Below, one piece after another: positions 13,016-25,639 of a stretch of DNA of 64,000 bases. A program made the position numbers and the translations under genes. The number at the start of each line of letters is the position of its first letter. Within the stretch, counting starts at the first letter, position 1. The notes below the pieces were generated by a model. The model was not told where the DNA came from. It searched no databases and was given only the letters and a program-made list of their open reading frames with translations. Origin of the DNA: Eledone cirrhosa (lineage: Eukaryota); the NCBI GenBank assembly GCA_964016885.1, contig OZ024746.1, positions 84,444,001-84,508,000 of the forward strand, given 5' to 3'.

Positions 13016-13800
13016 GGGCTTGGTCTGCTTAAATACTTGTCTCTGTCACTGCTTGCCCCCCTTTAATGGGTGACATCCTTTTCAATAAAGACTAGTTCCA
13101 CCAAGGAGATGGATGAAGCTTTACTACAGAGGAGAGAGCTGGGTTTTTCAGTTCCCGATACTGATGAGGATAGACAGAAGCAGAGAGTAGTATGGGACAA
13201 TTTGTGTTCGAGCGAAAATTTTAACTCTCCTTTTGATCACTCTGATCAATTTTCTAGGTGCTGCTTACTTTCGGCAAGCCCAAAGTTCTCAGGGGACTGG
13301 ATTGACGCTCTGCATGCGGCTAAAATTGGTGGTCTTCTCAGTCTGGACGAGCTTCGCATCTCCATTGCACTCCGAGTGGGAGCCAATATCATTGTGGTAG
13401 GTACCTCGACTCCACAGGCATCCATGGTTTGTCCTGCCGCCTGAATGCCCGTCACACCAAGCTAAACCTGATCATTAAGCAGGCCCTAGATCAGGTAAAT
13501 ATCCTCTCAGTTCTGAAACCCGCTGGATTATTCAGAAGTGATGGGAAGAGACCAGGTGGTCATTTCCTGAGCTGGTGTCTCATCTGGGACACCACCGAAC
13601 GGAATAAAATGGAAAATATCAAACAATTTTTTTTTTCAGCTTGTGGCATTCAGGATATTTGGTGGAGTTGGGCCGCTGACAGCGAAGTTCTTGACATCGT
13701 TACCGAGGTGTCAGGTGATGCCCGTGAGGGGGCCTGGTTGTTTAAGCGCCTTTAACTCGCCATCACTCGCGGTAATGCTGCGAGCGTGTTGGCTTGCAAC
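13016..13800 (+). mobile_element. CRE-like (R2 group) non-LTR retrotransposon 3' part with CCHC knuckle and restriction-like endonuclease, degraded
   Basis: GLGL..., SGDWIDAL, ELRISIALRVG, CG..LD..GIHGLSC...ARHTKLN.IIK.AL, GLFRSDGKRP.G, LIWDT, FGGVGP and GDAREGAWLFKRL.LAITRGNAASVL. Confidence 0.8.
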
Positions 13801-14580
13801 AAAAATTTCCATTGGCCCCTGTGATGTGCAGCTGATTGTCGCACTTGGTGGGGAATTGATGGTCGATTTTGTTTCCCTATTTTTTCTTTCTCTCGCTTTG
13901 ATCATATATTTTGTTGAGTTGTAAGGTTCCTAACAATAGTTAATTGTATTTATTATATGTGTTTATATTTTCGTTCTGATATATTATTTATAGATATTAT
14001 ATAATCTTGTAATCATTAATAAATAATCATGTATAAATACAATTTTCACCCGTAGCAACAAATATACAGAAATTAACTTCGTTCTGTGGTTGTGTTTACG
14101 TTTCAATTTTACTATTTGGAAATTTCACTTTTTACTTTAATAGAGCCCTCAAATAGGACCATGTCTTCATCGTGGAATGATGTTGATAAAAACTTAAGAA
14201 AAACATAATAAATGTGATACAAATGACATTTAGACTATGTAAAGGGAGATTTCACTGCTAAATTGATTTGGTCGAGCGATCAAGGAAATATTTCTATGGG
14301 GTACTTTTAGAATGTTCTTAATTCTTCGGCTCCTCTATGTAGTTCTTATCTTGGCTTCGTCCCGTTGTATAAGTACTATAACACTAATTAAACAATGATT
14401 TTCTGCTTGAGCGTTACAATAAATTACATATATAGTAATATGCTTACAATAAATACACGAACGAAACGTCATTTCGTAATTTGTGGGTGTGGGAGACACT
14501 CATATTTGACATTAAATCATGATTAAATGAATTAAATAACTACTATAAACAACATTCTGGCATGTTTGGCTGCTATCAAT

Positions 14581-14604
14581 TTTGGCGCCAGTATCCATAG
14601 CAAC
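14581..14604 (+). promoter_or_regulatory. Adjacent E2F-like site (TTTGGCGC) and perfect RFX X-box (GTATCCATAGCAAC)
   Basis: 14591-14604 matches GTHNYY-AT-RRNAAC exactly. It lies in non-repeat DNA upstream of consensus splice sites. Confidence 0.45.
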
Positions 14605-15384
14605 TACCATAGATTCGTATTAAAAATTCTTTATTAATTAAAAAGAAATTAGTTTCAATAGAAATAGAAAAAAAAACCCCAAACATTTCCCTCATAATTT
14701 AGAAATATTTATGATAGTATATAATTTTGTTATAAAATATTCATAAGACCGTGTCAATAAAGATGTATTCGAAATGGTGCTAAGGATAAATGGAATATGT
14801 CTCCTATGTTAGTGAACAATACCACTCGATAGCGATGTCTGCGAAGGTAAGAATAAACTCCTAAGCATAACTCATTCTTCACGTGTTTGTTTACAGTGTC
14901 TTTGTGTTAAGACAACATATAGTAAAAACTGAGTTATATTTAACAATTCTCTTTAACTTGTCTTCTCAGTTGAAGTCAGTCACATAGTTGCGTACACCTG
15001 GTCGTCCCATTCGAACGAACAACAAGGTGCGACTACAAATTCAACGCTCAAGATATATTGTTTCGCTGAAACGAGATAAAGTCAGAATTTTGACCAGGCG
15101 AAAAAGTAACAGAAAAAAAAAAAAGATAACACATTTCCGTTAAATACTATAATAATGTAAGTAATTTAACAAATAATCAGAATCACTTATTAACTTAGTT
15201 GTAAACAATAACAACTCCGTTTATATTGTGGTACTATCGCCATAAAAAAGAAATTACGTTTTATTCAATATCTTATAAAGAAACAAACTAAAAAAAACAA
15301 ACAAAAACCATTGAACCAGTCATTTATTGGTGTTTTCTGTGGTCTTTATCCTGTGGCTCTATTTCCGGGATTCGTTCACAGTGG

Positions 15385-15575
15385 TTGTTATTTAGCCCTA
15401 AGTCAGCATTGAATGATAGAAGGTATTCCGGTCGCTCCATCATCATTTTAAGAGTATGTAGGATTACATTATCTAACGTGTCTAGTCCGTTTGTAAGATG
15501 GTGGGGTGTAATTTAAGAGAGGTTTGGCTGCTATTTCTAGCAGGTCGAGTGACCACGTACAGGCTCATTCATAGC
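15385..15575 (+). repeat. Dispersed repeat (other copies about 2110-2185 on -, 30215-30415 on -, 45290-45490, 60690-60870)
   Basis: Shared aaaggtattcc.g.c...ggtgt.atttgagagag.tttggctgctatttctagca. Confidence 0.6.
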
Positions 15576-16224
15576 TCGTTCAAACATTGGTTGAGGCTTC
15601 CAGTCATGTTCACCTAATCTTTTGTTCCAGACTACATTCTCCTATGTATTTTTTTTACTCCACCACAATTTCCTGCAGGCTATGCCGCTTTGCAGTCCGT
15701 GAACCAAGTCTCTGTATATGATCTTAAATATTCTGCTCAAATACAGGCAATGTAGATCTTGGCCATTATCTTCGACATTTCCCATGTATAAATTTCCATT
15801 GGCAAGATAATAGTTTACAGGAAGATCTTCATATGGATACTGATTGAGGAACTTATCAAGATGTTACTTATTTTTCAAAACACTGCTACTTGCCCACTTT
15901 CATAGTTGATATTCTCCGTTGCAATAATACTTTCCAAGGAGGGGAAGTTGGCCGGTCATTACTGCTTCGTCTGTTAGTCTACTGGTCATATGCTGAAGTG
16001 TTAAATGTGCTCCTATCAGGTGAGTAACGCTATGGGCACTGTCAAGATATGTAAGATGTCTTTCCATAGTCTATGATATTCCATCTCCTGGGTCATTCAC
16101 GACTCTATATTCAATGAAATCAGTGACCAGAAGGATTAACGGGAGTGACAACAGACATTCCTATCTTATTCCAGTATTAATCTTTCAGTTCTTACACCAC
16201 AGCTTGAGTTGGTAGACCGGTTCT

Positions 16225-16520
16225 TGAAGACAGTGAACATTATTTGCTCTGTTTTGCTGCATCAACTGAAGGCAGCTCTGGACGACAAGTTTACGGAAGA
16301 ACAAAGCAAGTTTAGGACCTGGAAAGTAATGCAGTGAGCAAATGTTTGTGTTGCAGGACATCATAGACCAATGAGTAGTGCTTCAACAGTCACTGGCAAT
16401 CAATTTGGTCGATTTCGAGAAGGCATTCAACAGTGTACATAGAGAGACGTTATGGTGTATAGTTAAAAAGTATATTTTTGACAACTACATCACTATCTTG
16501 AAGAGCCTATATACATCGTC
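16225..16520 (+). mobile_element. Degraded RTE RT fragment
   Basis: LDDKFTEEQSKFR...LAINLVDFEKAFNSVHRETLW. Confidence 0.7.
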
Positions 16521-17589
16521 ATTCCACGTCCGCCTTCCAAGCTATATATATATATAATATTTATACTCTGCTATGTATTGAGTACCTTACTTACTGTGGT
16601 TACCCCCGATTGAACCCGGGATAAACATATATATATATATACACACACACACATACATCATATATCTATATATATTCTTTCATGTGTTTTAGTAACTGGA
16701 TCGCACCCATATTGAGACATGACCTTCAAGAGTTTTAATTGATTCTGGTGTTTATTTCATGTCTTATTACAAACAAAAGCCAGACTTGGCTTTGGTGTAC
16801 AGGGAAATAACTCTGTCGGACCGAAATACAGCAAGATACTTTTGTTCACTCCCTACTTACATAAACATGCGGTGGATTGGCAGTATCGGTAGAGGGTCAG
16901 AGGCCATGCTTTCCAGCATAGTTACGTCCCTTTACGGTCTGAGTTCAAATCCCGTCGAAGTTAACTTTGCTTTCACCAGTAATGTACTGAGTAATTGCTG
17001 GCCTTGTGCCAAAAGTAGAAACAATTATCATTACAAGACGTTGGTGTATCTGTAGACATTAGGTTGGCGTGGTTATATATGTTTTACAGCAATGTGAGGA
17101 TAAGATAACACAATGACAAGATAGCAAAATAATGTAAACAGGCAATAAATGCTTTATTATTGCTTTATGTTTAAAACTTAAACCATCTATTGTTTATTGT
17201 ATTAGTTTGCTATCTTGCCCTTTTGTAACATTATTCTCACATATTACTGTAAGCTACATATAACAACACTGACTTAATATTCACATTATTATCGCTTGTA
17301 CGTAACCCATTGCTTTACGGACAGAATAAATCACACGCACACACATATACATACTCGTACATGCATATACATAAAGAGATAGATAAAAAGAGTGACAACA
17401 TCGTCGACAGAATGTTCATTTCTAGTATGAATGAAGGCATTATTGAACCCCCTCCCATCCTTTTTTGTCTTACATTTTTGTTCCAAGAATTCTTATAAAA
17501 ATTTTGAACGTTTTGACAGATTTTAACGTTTGTGTGAGAGACTGATAAAAAAAAGCTATACAGTTATAATAGATTATCAGCATAATAAT

Positions 17590-18130
17590 TTTACACCGGT
17601 TTTTCCATGTTTGCACAGTTCGGTGGGTCTTCTCCAGTACAGTGTCTTACCACTTGTTGTTGTTCTTTGTCATCCCTTTGTGAGTATCAGTATTCTGAGA
17701 TCAGCTTTGACCAAACCTCATATTTCTCAGTCTTCTTATTCTGCAGGTTCCTTCTACCTGATTTGCTTGACATTTCTTTACCCAGCTGTTATTCTCCATA
17801 TGCATCACATGTCGGTACATGTGCAGTCTCCTCATTTGCTCACTATATCTAATACTTGTTATACAGTTTTTCTCTTTGCTCATTTGTTTATACACACTCA
17901 CATTACACAGTCAGTGGAGCTTGCTTGCCTCATTTTTTCAGCCTTTGCACATCCTCCACATTCAGTGTTGATGTTTGGCTACCATGCAATATCTCACTTT
18001 GTACACAAGGATAATAGAATCTACACTTCACTCTAAGTGACAACTCCTTCGTTGTTAGAGGTAACAGCTCCCTAAATTTTTTCTCCACCATTCTTGCTCT
18101 GGCCATTATCATTTTGGAACACATACCTCC
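17590..18130 (-). mobile_element. RTE LINE 3' fragment
   Basis: KKFRELLPL...LHGSQT...RRLHMYRHVMHME. Confidence 0.8.
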
Positions 18131-18369
18131 ATCTCAGGCCACCAAAGTAAGAGAAGCTTGGAGTCTTCTGAGCATTTGAATGAATGCATTTCATGGATGC
18201 TTCTACTGCTTATTACTCTTGTGCATCTGCTACATACAGAGTCTTTCTGTGACAACCTGCCTTTGATCTCACTGTACACCTTTATTTTACATTGAGTACA
18301 TTGTATGGAATTTATACTTATTCCTTTTCTTCATATTGAGTTTAGCTTCTTCCTAGATAGTAGTAACCT

Positions 18370-20330
18370 TAATGAACATCAAGGAAACACTTCATGAAAC
18401 AGCTTTAGAAATTCTGGGGAGAAAGAGAAGGAAAAATAAACCATGGGGGATTGACGACATCTGGGACCTATGTGATCTAAGACGTGACTTGAGGAAGACC
18501 AAACTAACAGATCAGGAGGCAAGACAACAATACAATGTTGTGAATAGGAAGAAAATGAGGGAAGCCAAAGAGAAGTGAATATCAGACCAGTGCAAAAACA
18601 TTGAAGCTGGAATAACAAAAGACAACAAGGTTGCTTATAGAACCCTCAAAATACTAACAAAAACAATGCAACACACTGCCACTGTCATTTAGGACAAAAC
18701 TGGTTTGCTCCTCACAGACAAGGCTCATGTCATCAAAAGATATAATATTGTGAAGCGCTTTATAACCACAAACACAACATCCTGGACAATTCCACCAATA
18801 AGAACAATGAAATTTAAGATACTCCAATTCTCCAGGAGGAAGTTGAAGAGGCAGTGCACAAGCTTAAAGATAGGAAATCTCCTGGAGATGATAACATTCC
18901 ATCAGAGCTCCTAAAACATGGAGAGCCCAAACTTACCAAGGCATGGACAGTTACCTGTCAGAATATATGTGAAACAGAAGTGGCCAAAGGAGTGGACCCA
19001 ATCACTGATGATACCCCCCCCCCCCAAAGGAAATTTAGGCTCTATCAGAATTACAGAAAAATCAGCCTAATTAGCCACGCCAGCAAAGTACTGCTAAGGG
19101 TTCTTCTAAAGAGACTTAAGGATAAAACAGATAAATCCTGGCAGAACAGGCAGGATTCAGGCCCAAAAGAAATACAACAGAGCAGATATTTAACATCAGA
19201 CTTCTTACTGAGAAATGCCTGCAGCACCAATCTGATCTCTATCATAACTTCATCGACTTAAAAAAAAAAACCCTTTTACCATGTTTGACATGAGGGTTTG
19301 TGGAAGGTGATAAAGGATTACAACTTTGACATCAACCTTATTCAAGTAATTAAAGCACTATATGATAACTCAAACATTGCAGTTCTCCTGGATAGTAACA
19401 TTGGTGAATTCTTCAGGACAACAGTGGGAGTACGACATGGGTGTCTCCTTTCTCTAGTGCTTTTCAACATCTTTCTGGAAAACATCATGCAAGAAACTCC
19501 AAGACTTCCACACTTCAGTTTCCATTGGAGGAAGGCTCATTTCTAAACTGTGATTTGCTGATGACATTGACCTGTTAGGAAGCAGTGAATCAGAACTCCG
19601 GGAGCTCACTACCAGACTGGAAAAAGTACCAGGAGCATGTGGAATGCAGAGTAGCTCAGAAAAGAGCAAGATTATGATTAACAGTAATAATCAGAATACA
19701 GCAACCAACACCATGCTAAATGGAGGAAGACTTGAAGAAGTGGACACCTTCAAGTACCTAAGATCCACACTGACCAAAGATGGCAGATCTCAAAAAGAGA
19801 TACCAACAAGAATCACCCTGGCCATTTCTGCCATGGTAAAACTAAATGTTATATGGAAAAGCAACTCCATCACTTTTCCAATGAAGCTCAAACTGTTCAA
19901 GTTCTTGGTGACTTTGATCCTTTTGTATGGGTGTAAGAGATGGACTCTCACAGCTGACATGGAATGAAAAATCCAATCATTTGGGTACAAGTGCTTCAGA
20001 ATGTTGCTACACATCCCATACACAGAGCACAAAACAAACAGCTTTGTCAGGCAGCAAGTTAACAAATATGTTGGCAGACAAGATACACTTACTTGCAATA
20101 GTGAAAAGACAGATGCTTGCCTGGTATGGTCATATATCCTGCCACAACTCTTATCCAAAACCATCCTTCAGGGCATAAGTCAAGGGAGGGCGAAGAATAG
20201 GCAGACAAAGAAAATCCTGGTCCAACAACATCAAAAACTGAACTGGTCACAACACCGAGACCCTTCTATGCATGATGGAAAAGAGAGACCAATAGTGACA
20301 ACTGACTACAAAAGTGTCTAGAGTGGCACA
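18370..20330 (+). mobile_element. Degraded RTE/BovB-like LINE RT region (family without the PHD insert)
   Basis: KSPGDDNIPSELLK, NYRKISLISHASKVLL, GVRHGCLLS, FADDID, EEVDTFKYL and LLYGCKRWTL, with many frameshifts. Confidence 0.92.
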
Positions 20331-22879
20331 GAGATTGGCTGCACTACAGGAACTTGATGAGATAGTAGTAAAGTCATCTTTTGCTAGGTTTACTTTAAAA
20401 CCTCTTGATTCTAAACTTTATTTCCACGTTTAGAATATTTTCTCTATTTTTACAGTTGATTCAGCTGTGAGAACTAGGCGATTGGCATACAAAAATTCTC
20501 ATGGAGAACTAGTCATAATTTCTTTTGTTATGGATAATGAACATCTGAGAATAAGCTCTGATGGACACCTACCTGTACACTAAAATTCCTCTTTGAACTT
20601 ATTGTTAACTCTTGCCTTATTGATAGCATCTCTGTATGTCTTGCATGACTTTCACAAACCATTTGTAGTTTTTTTAAGATTAGTTAGGCTTCTGCACTGT
20701 TTTTATGTACCAAATTTCTCTAATAAGGCATTAGTTACCCCAAAGCTGTGGTAAAAGATCATTGCCCAGAGTGTTGCTCAGTGGGATCACAACTAGAATC
20801 ACATGGTTGTGAAATAAATTGTTTAGCTCTACAGCCAATGGCAAACTAGAGCTGGTTCACATCAGTTCACACAAATTGGTTGTTAACATTTTTTTGTAAA
20901 TGCGAACATCATCATCATCATCAACATTTAACGTTTGTTCTTGCAAGCAAGAGTTGGATGCAGTTTTCCCTCTTGCACTCTACATTGGAGTCTTTGTATT
21001 AAATTTTAACTGGTTAACCTACCCAGAAGAGTTAAGATGTCAGTGATGGTGTGATGACAATTGACTTTGTTCACTCACATTAAAAATTCAGTGAACCCTT
21101 AAATATTTTGAAATGAAAGATGATCATTGGGTTTCATCATCATCGTCATCATTGTTTAAGGTCAACTTTCCCTGTTAGCAAGGATTGGACATGTCTACAT
21201 AGACCAAATCAGTGCTGAAGCGGGGCTGCTGACCTACCAGACAGGTTTGGGCTAAGGTGGGGGTGTCTGCATCTCACATGTCTTTGACATAATTGAAGGG
21301 TCCGCCCAACCCTTTGACAGGCTTTCTATCGCTGGATGTCCTTCACCAACCACTCTACAGTGTGTTTATCATATAGATCACCAACACTAGAGAGGCTGTC
21401 ATGCCCTTGACATGACTGACGAGTCCACCCAACCTTTTGTATTTGTTGAATAAAATTTCCTATTATAATATTAGGTTCAGAAAATAAGTAAATTTTATTT
21501 GTCATGATAAGAAATTTACATAACTTTTTATAGTATCTGCATGTATGATTGTATATGTATGTGTGTACGTATTTGTGTATTGATATAGTTGTTTACATGC
21601 ATGTTCTCACACCCACCTTTTGCTATATTACCTTTGCTCCTATACCATCATCCCCATTCTCTCCCAACAATACATTATCCCATCATTTGAACATTAAGTA
21701 TGTGTGAGATTTTTTATGTACTCTACTTATTTACTTTTCTGTACTCTACTTATTCACTTTTCTGTAACCCATTTTCCTCACCATATTTTAACCTGTTAAC
21801 TTAACTCTAACTCTATCTATTTAGCCAGCATTTTTACTCTTCTCTTTTGTTCCCCTTACGTCTTTAGTTTCTCATCCTCTCACATAACCCTTTTTACCTC
21901 TCAATTTCCCTCTCCAGTAAATCAATTTTTTAACTTCAGTTTTAACCCCTTCATTACCATATTTCTTATGAAAGACTGCCTATAATTTTCAAATCATTTA
22001 GAAAATAAAAAATTGAAGGAATTTAGTAATATAACTTACTTTCTCATTATTAAGATAGTGTTTAGAATTTAGAATATAACAAAGATTCTTACATAAAATT
22101 GCAATGGAAGCTTTTCAGATAAACATAAACACTTTGAGATAAAGTTTCGTATTGGAAACCAAGGATGGTTTCACGTATTAATATAGTTAACCCTAATTTT
22201 CCCACTCTCAGATGAGGAACCAAAATAACAAAAAGTTATATTCTACAATCCTCAAGGCAACTGATATTTACAAGTCTTCTGCACTTTATATAGTCTGATT
22301 TTTAACTGTCCTGGACTAATAGCAGTTTCCCTGGATTTTTAATTATACTCTATTTTAATATTGTACTAATGAAGAGATATTTTTATGAAGCAATATTTTA
22401 TTGCAGAATTCAGAATTTCTTTTATATATAACCTGTAGTAAAAATATTTATAGCCTATAAAACCAGTTGCTAAAATTTTGGCAGCTCACCACAGCATGCA
22501 GTCTCTTCCTCTCTCACACACACACACACAAACTATATATGTGTATCTGTGTGTACATAATCGTGTATGCAAGTGTGTATGTTTGTATGTGTGCATACAG
22601 TTATATATGTTTGTGCATATATGTGTGTGTCCATCTATGTATGGCTCAGGTGGACCCTGTTTATAGGTCAGAAATATAGGAACAAATCTGCTGTAAGCAG
22701 CATTCACACAGCAATATTGATGAGTAGTTTGTTTGTCTATAGTGTTAAGTTTAATCTCCTCAGTGAGTATAGTTTAGAGAGCATTGAGCTCTACCAAGAT
22801 GCACTTACTCTAAATACTGAAGTCTTTACTAATACAGCTATCAATCAGCTGGTTATGAATGTCACCAGTGTGTTTTAAC

Positions 22880-23100
22880 CAGAGGCATAACTAAGGAAAA
22901 TAGCGCCTATGGCAAGCAGTGAAATTGCGCCCCTGCCCAGCACTGTATTTTTACCTATAGGCCTAATAATTTATATAAATGGTTTAATGATTCAGCCCCC
23001 ATAGTGTTCTATGGCCTATTTGATTTTAATAGAATGTGCTCCTAGTCCAAGTAACACCCATGGCACGTGCCATGCTTGCCATAACCTATTTACACTTCTG
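22880..23100. mobile_element. Small hAT-like MITE
   Basis: Imperfect TIRs CAGAGGCATAACTAAG / CCTATTTACACTTCTG. No clear TSD. Confidence 0.4.
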
Positions 23101-24029
23101 ATACCAAGCTACCTGAAGCAGCTGCTGGTTTTATGCTACTAAGTTGTTTATTTTTAAGTCTTTATATTTATCTAAAAACCTTGTATCATTAGTTTATGTA
23201 AGAGCCTTTAAGTTATGTCCCAAACACTAGCTTAATAAGAAAATTACAAGCAGTGTCATTCATTAGCAATATGGTAGGCTAGCCTCATGTGAATCCTGAT
23301 CACGCGGACCTTATGATCAAAGACTTCCTGCTATGCCAATCCCAATTCTCGTTCTACAACAGTTTGTCTTTTGATCCAGCTACTAATGATACATACCCTC
23401 CACCATCTACCAACTTCTTGCCTCTTCCCTCCTACATCCTGTCATTACCAATCCTATCAGCTGCATGCCTTGTATCTTATGTATATAAATGTTATACATT
23501 TTATTTTACACAAAAAAAATCCACATTGTATCATCCTGTATATTTAATGTTTCCTTAATGTGATCCCCCGGTGTGGCTAATAAAGAAAGCATTATTATTA
23601 TTAATATTATTATTAACCCATTTATTCCTGGGAGGGCCATGAGGGTAGAGTCCCTAGACATGCTTTCCAGAGGGTTCTATCAAAAGCAACTGCCTCAAAT
23701 TGATATGGTTGGACCTCCATATGAGACTAACAGAGCTCAACCATCTGGCCCGTGACCTACCTCAGGGTCCCATGTCAGTTGGCTTTGTTAGTAAAATCTG
23801 TTCAGTAATTCTTTCCTTGGGCATTCTAACCACATTTTCATAGTATGGGAGCTGTGATCTAACTTCAGATGACAGTACTGAACTGCCTAATTTCTCTCTA
23901 AAATACACAAGCCTGATAACCTTGGCTGCTTAAACATTGCCTCCTGTAGTTACCACATGGAATTTATTTCCATTTAACTGGACACCATCCTCTCACTACT
24001 GGTGGCCACATTTCAAATCTTTGACTCCT

Positions 24030-24600
24030 TCATTTCCCAATGAATCCATACACCCCCTTATCATGTTTTACATTGAGTCACTTTATACAGTCATTCCCCA
24101 AGACAAGGGCCTCTAGATTCTCTAACACTTACCCAACTTTCGTCCCACACCTGAGCACTCCACTTCCAATACTATCTGTCTTGTGGAACTAGTCCTATCT
24201 GCTTCTTGGGTGTGATCTATCAGCAGGTTACCAAGTTGATAATGAAAACAAGGATTGGCTCCAACTATGCTAACTTACTTGTCAGTTATGTTTGAGTTCT
24301 AAATCTTCTCCCACTTCACTGATCCCACTACTGAGTGATATGGTCATCATGTTGATAACTGAATCAGAACTACCCCTCTTGCTCACAAACAGCTTGACTC
24401 TTTAATCCTTTTTTTTTTTTACTCCTTCCACCCTGCCAGCAAATCCCTCTCGTTTACCCCTGCTACCTCTATTAATTTCTTGGATATTTCCATTACCATT
24501 GTCCACGCTAACCACTACTTTACCACCTCTGTCTTTTTTCAAGCCCATCTCCTCCTACTTTAACTTTATTTCATCTCTCCGCTCCACCCACACAAAACAG
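24030..24600 (+). mobile_element. Penelope-like RT remnant
   Basis: IESLYTVIP...LVELVL...YQQV..MKT..G.NYANL...INFLDISI...TSVF, with frameshifts. Confidence 0.65.
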
Positions 24601-25289
24601 TAAGATCAAAGTGTAATATTTTACAATTAAAATATAAAGTACAAAGTCTTTAGGTTTCATCTATCATTTTGAATGGATACACAATTCTTTATAAATAATA
24701 AAACTGTCAGAATTTTTGATGATATGGTTACACTAGTATTTATATATATATATACACACACACAGGACTTTCTTGTCCTGTAGAAGTCATTTCTATAATA
24801 AAATGAATATACCTATACCCTACTAACATATGCAATACTTTTTCTAACAGTGGCTGCATCCCGATTTGAATCAGGATCGTCTATATTATATATGTATATA
24901 TATAATTCATAGATAGATATATGAATAAGCTGTGAACTATTGCTCTAAATATTTGAATCTCAAATATGTGTTTATACCCTAAATCTTCAAATTTATGTTC
25001 ATACTCTAAATATCCAAATATATGTTTTATACCCTAAATCTTCAAATTTATGTTTACAATCTTAATTTTCAAATATAGGTTGTGTCTCACAAAAATATGT
25101 CTCACCAAACGAATGTGTGTTATGCAAATTAGACTGACAACTTCAGATATTTTCTATATTCTGTATGACATATATAACATTGCTATAACAATATTCCTTC
25201 ATTCACTGAATCATAGGATGCAATAACTTCTGAAATGCAGATACAGTATAAGGATAATCTTTTATATTTTTCTGCGCAGGGACATAGAA

Positions 25290-25555
25290 ATAATTGGGCT
25301 GGATACCCGATCACGCAGTGAAACCACTGGGAGTGAAGGACCCCTAGCCCTTGTCAGAGCATTCTTCTAGGAGAAGGCATCTCAGGAAACTGGGTTAACT
25401 CCGACATAAAACCTGCGGCTCAGTAGTTACCGATGATGTTGATCTTTTCTTCTTTTCGGGTTATAGCTACTGTCGCTCAGAGAGTGGGATTGGCTCAGTG
25501 CGCAGTCTTTCCTCACTTTAAAAGTATTCTTCACGCACAGGCATTGCACGATTGC
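25290..25555 (+). mobile_element. RTE-type LINE 5' UTR fragment
   Basis: Homologous to the reverse complement of 55510-55745. Confidence 0.6.
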
Positions 25556-25639
25556 ATTAATTAATAATTATTAAGTGTTATTATTATTGTTATTGTTATG
25601 ACCATACTGTAAAATGGAGGGGTAGAGAGGGCCCATGAG

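Noticed and set aside
22567-22878. 103-aa ORF with a possible acceptor at 22666
   Set aside because: The first third is a TG microsatellite, there is no recognisable homology and no phase-compatible neighbouring exon was found.
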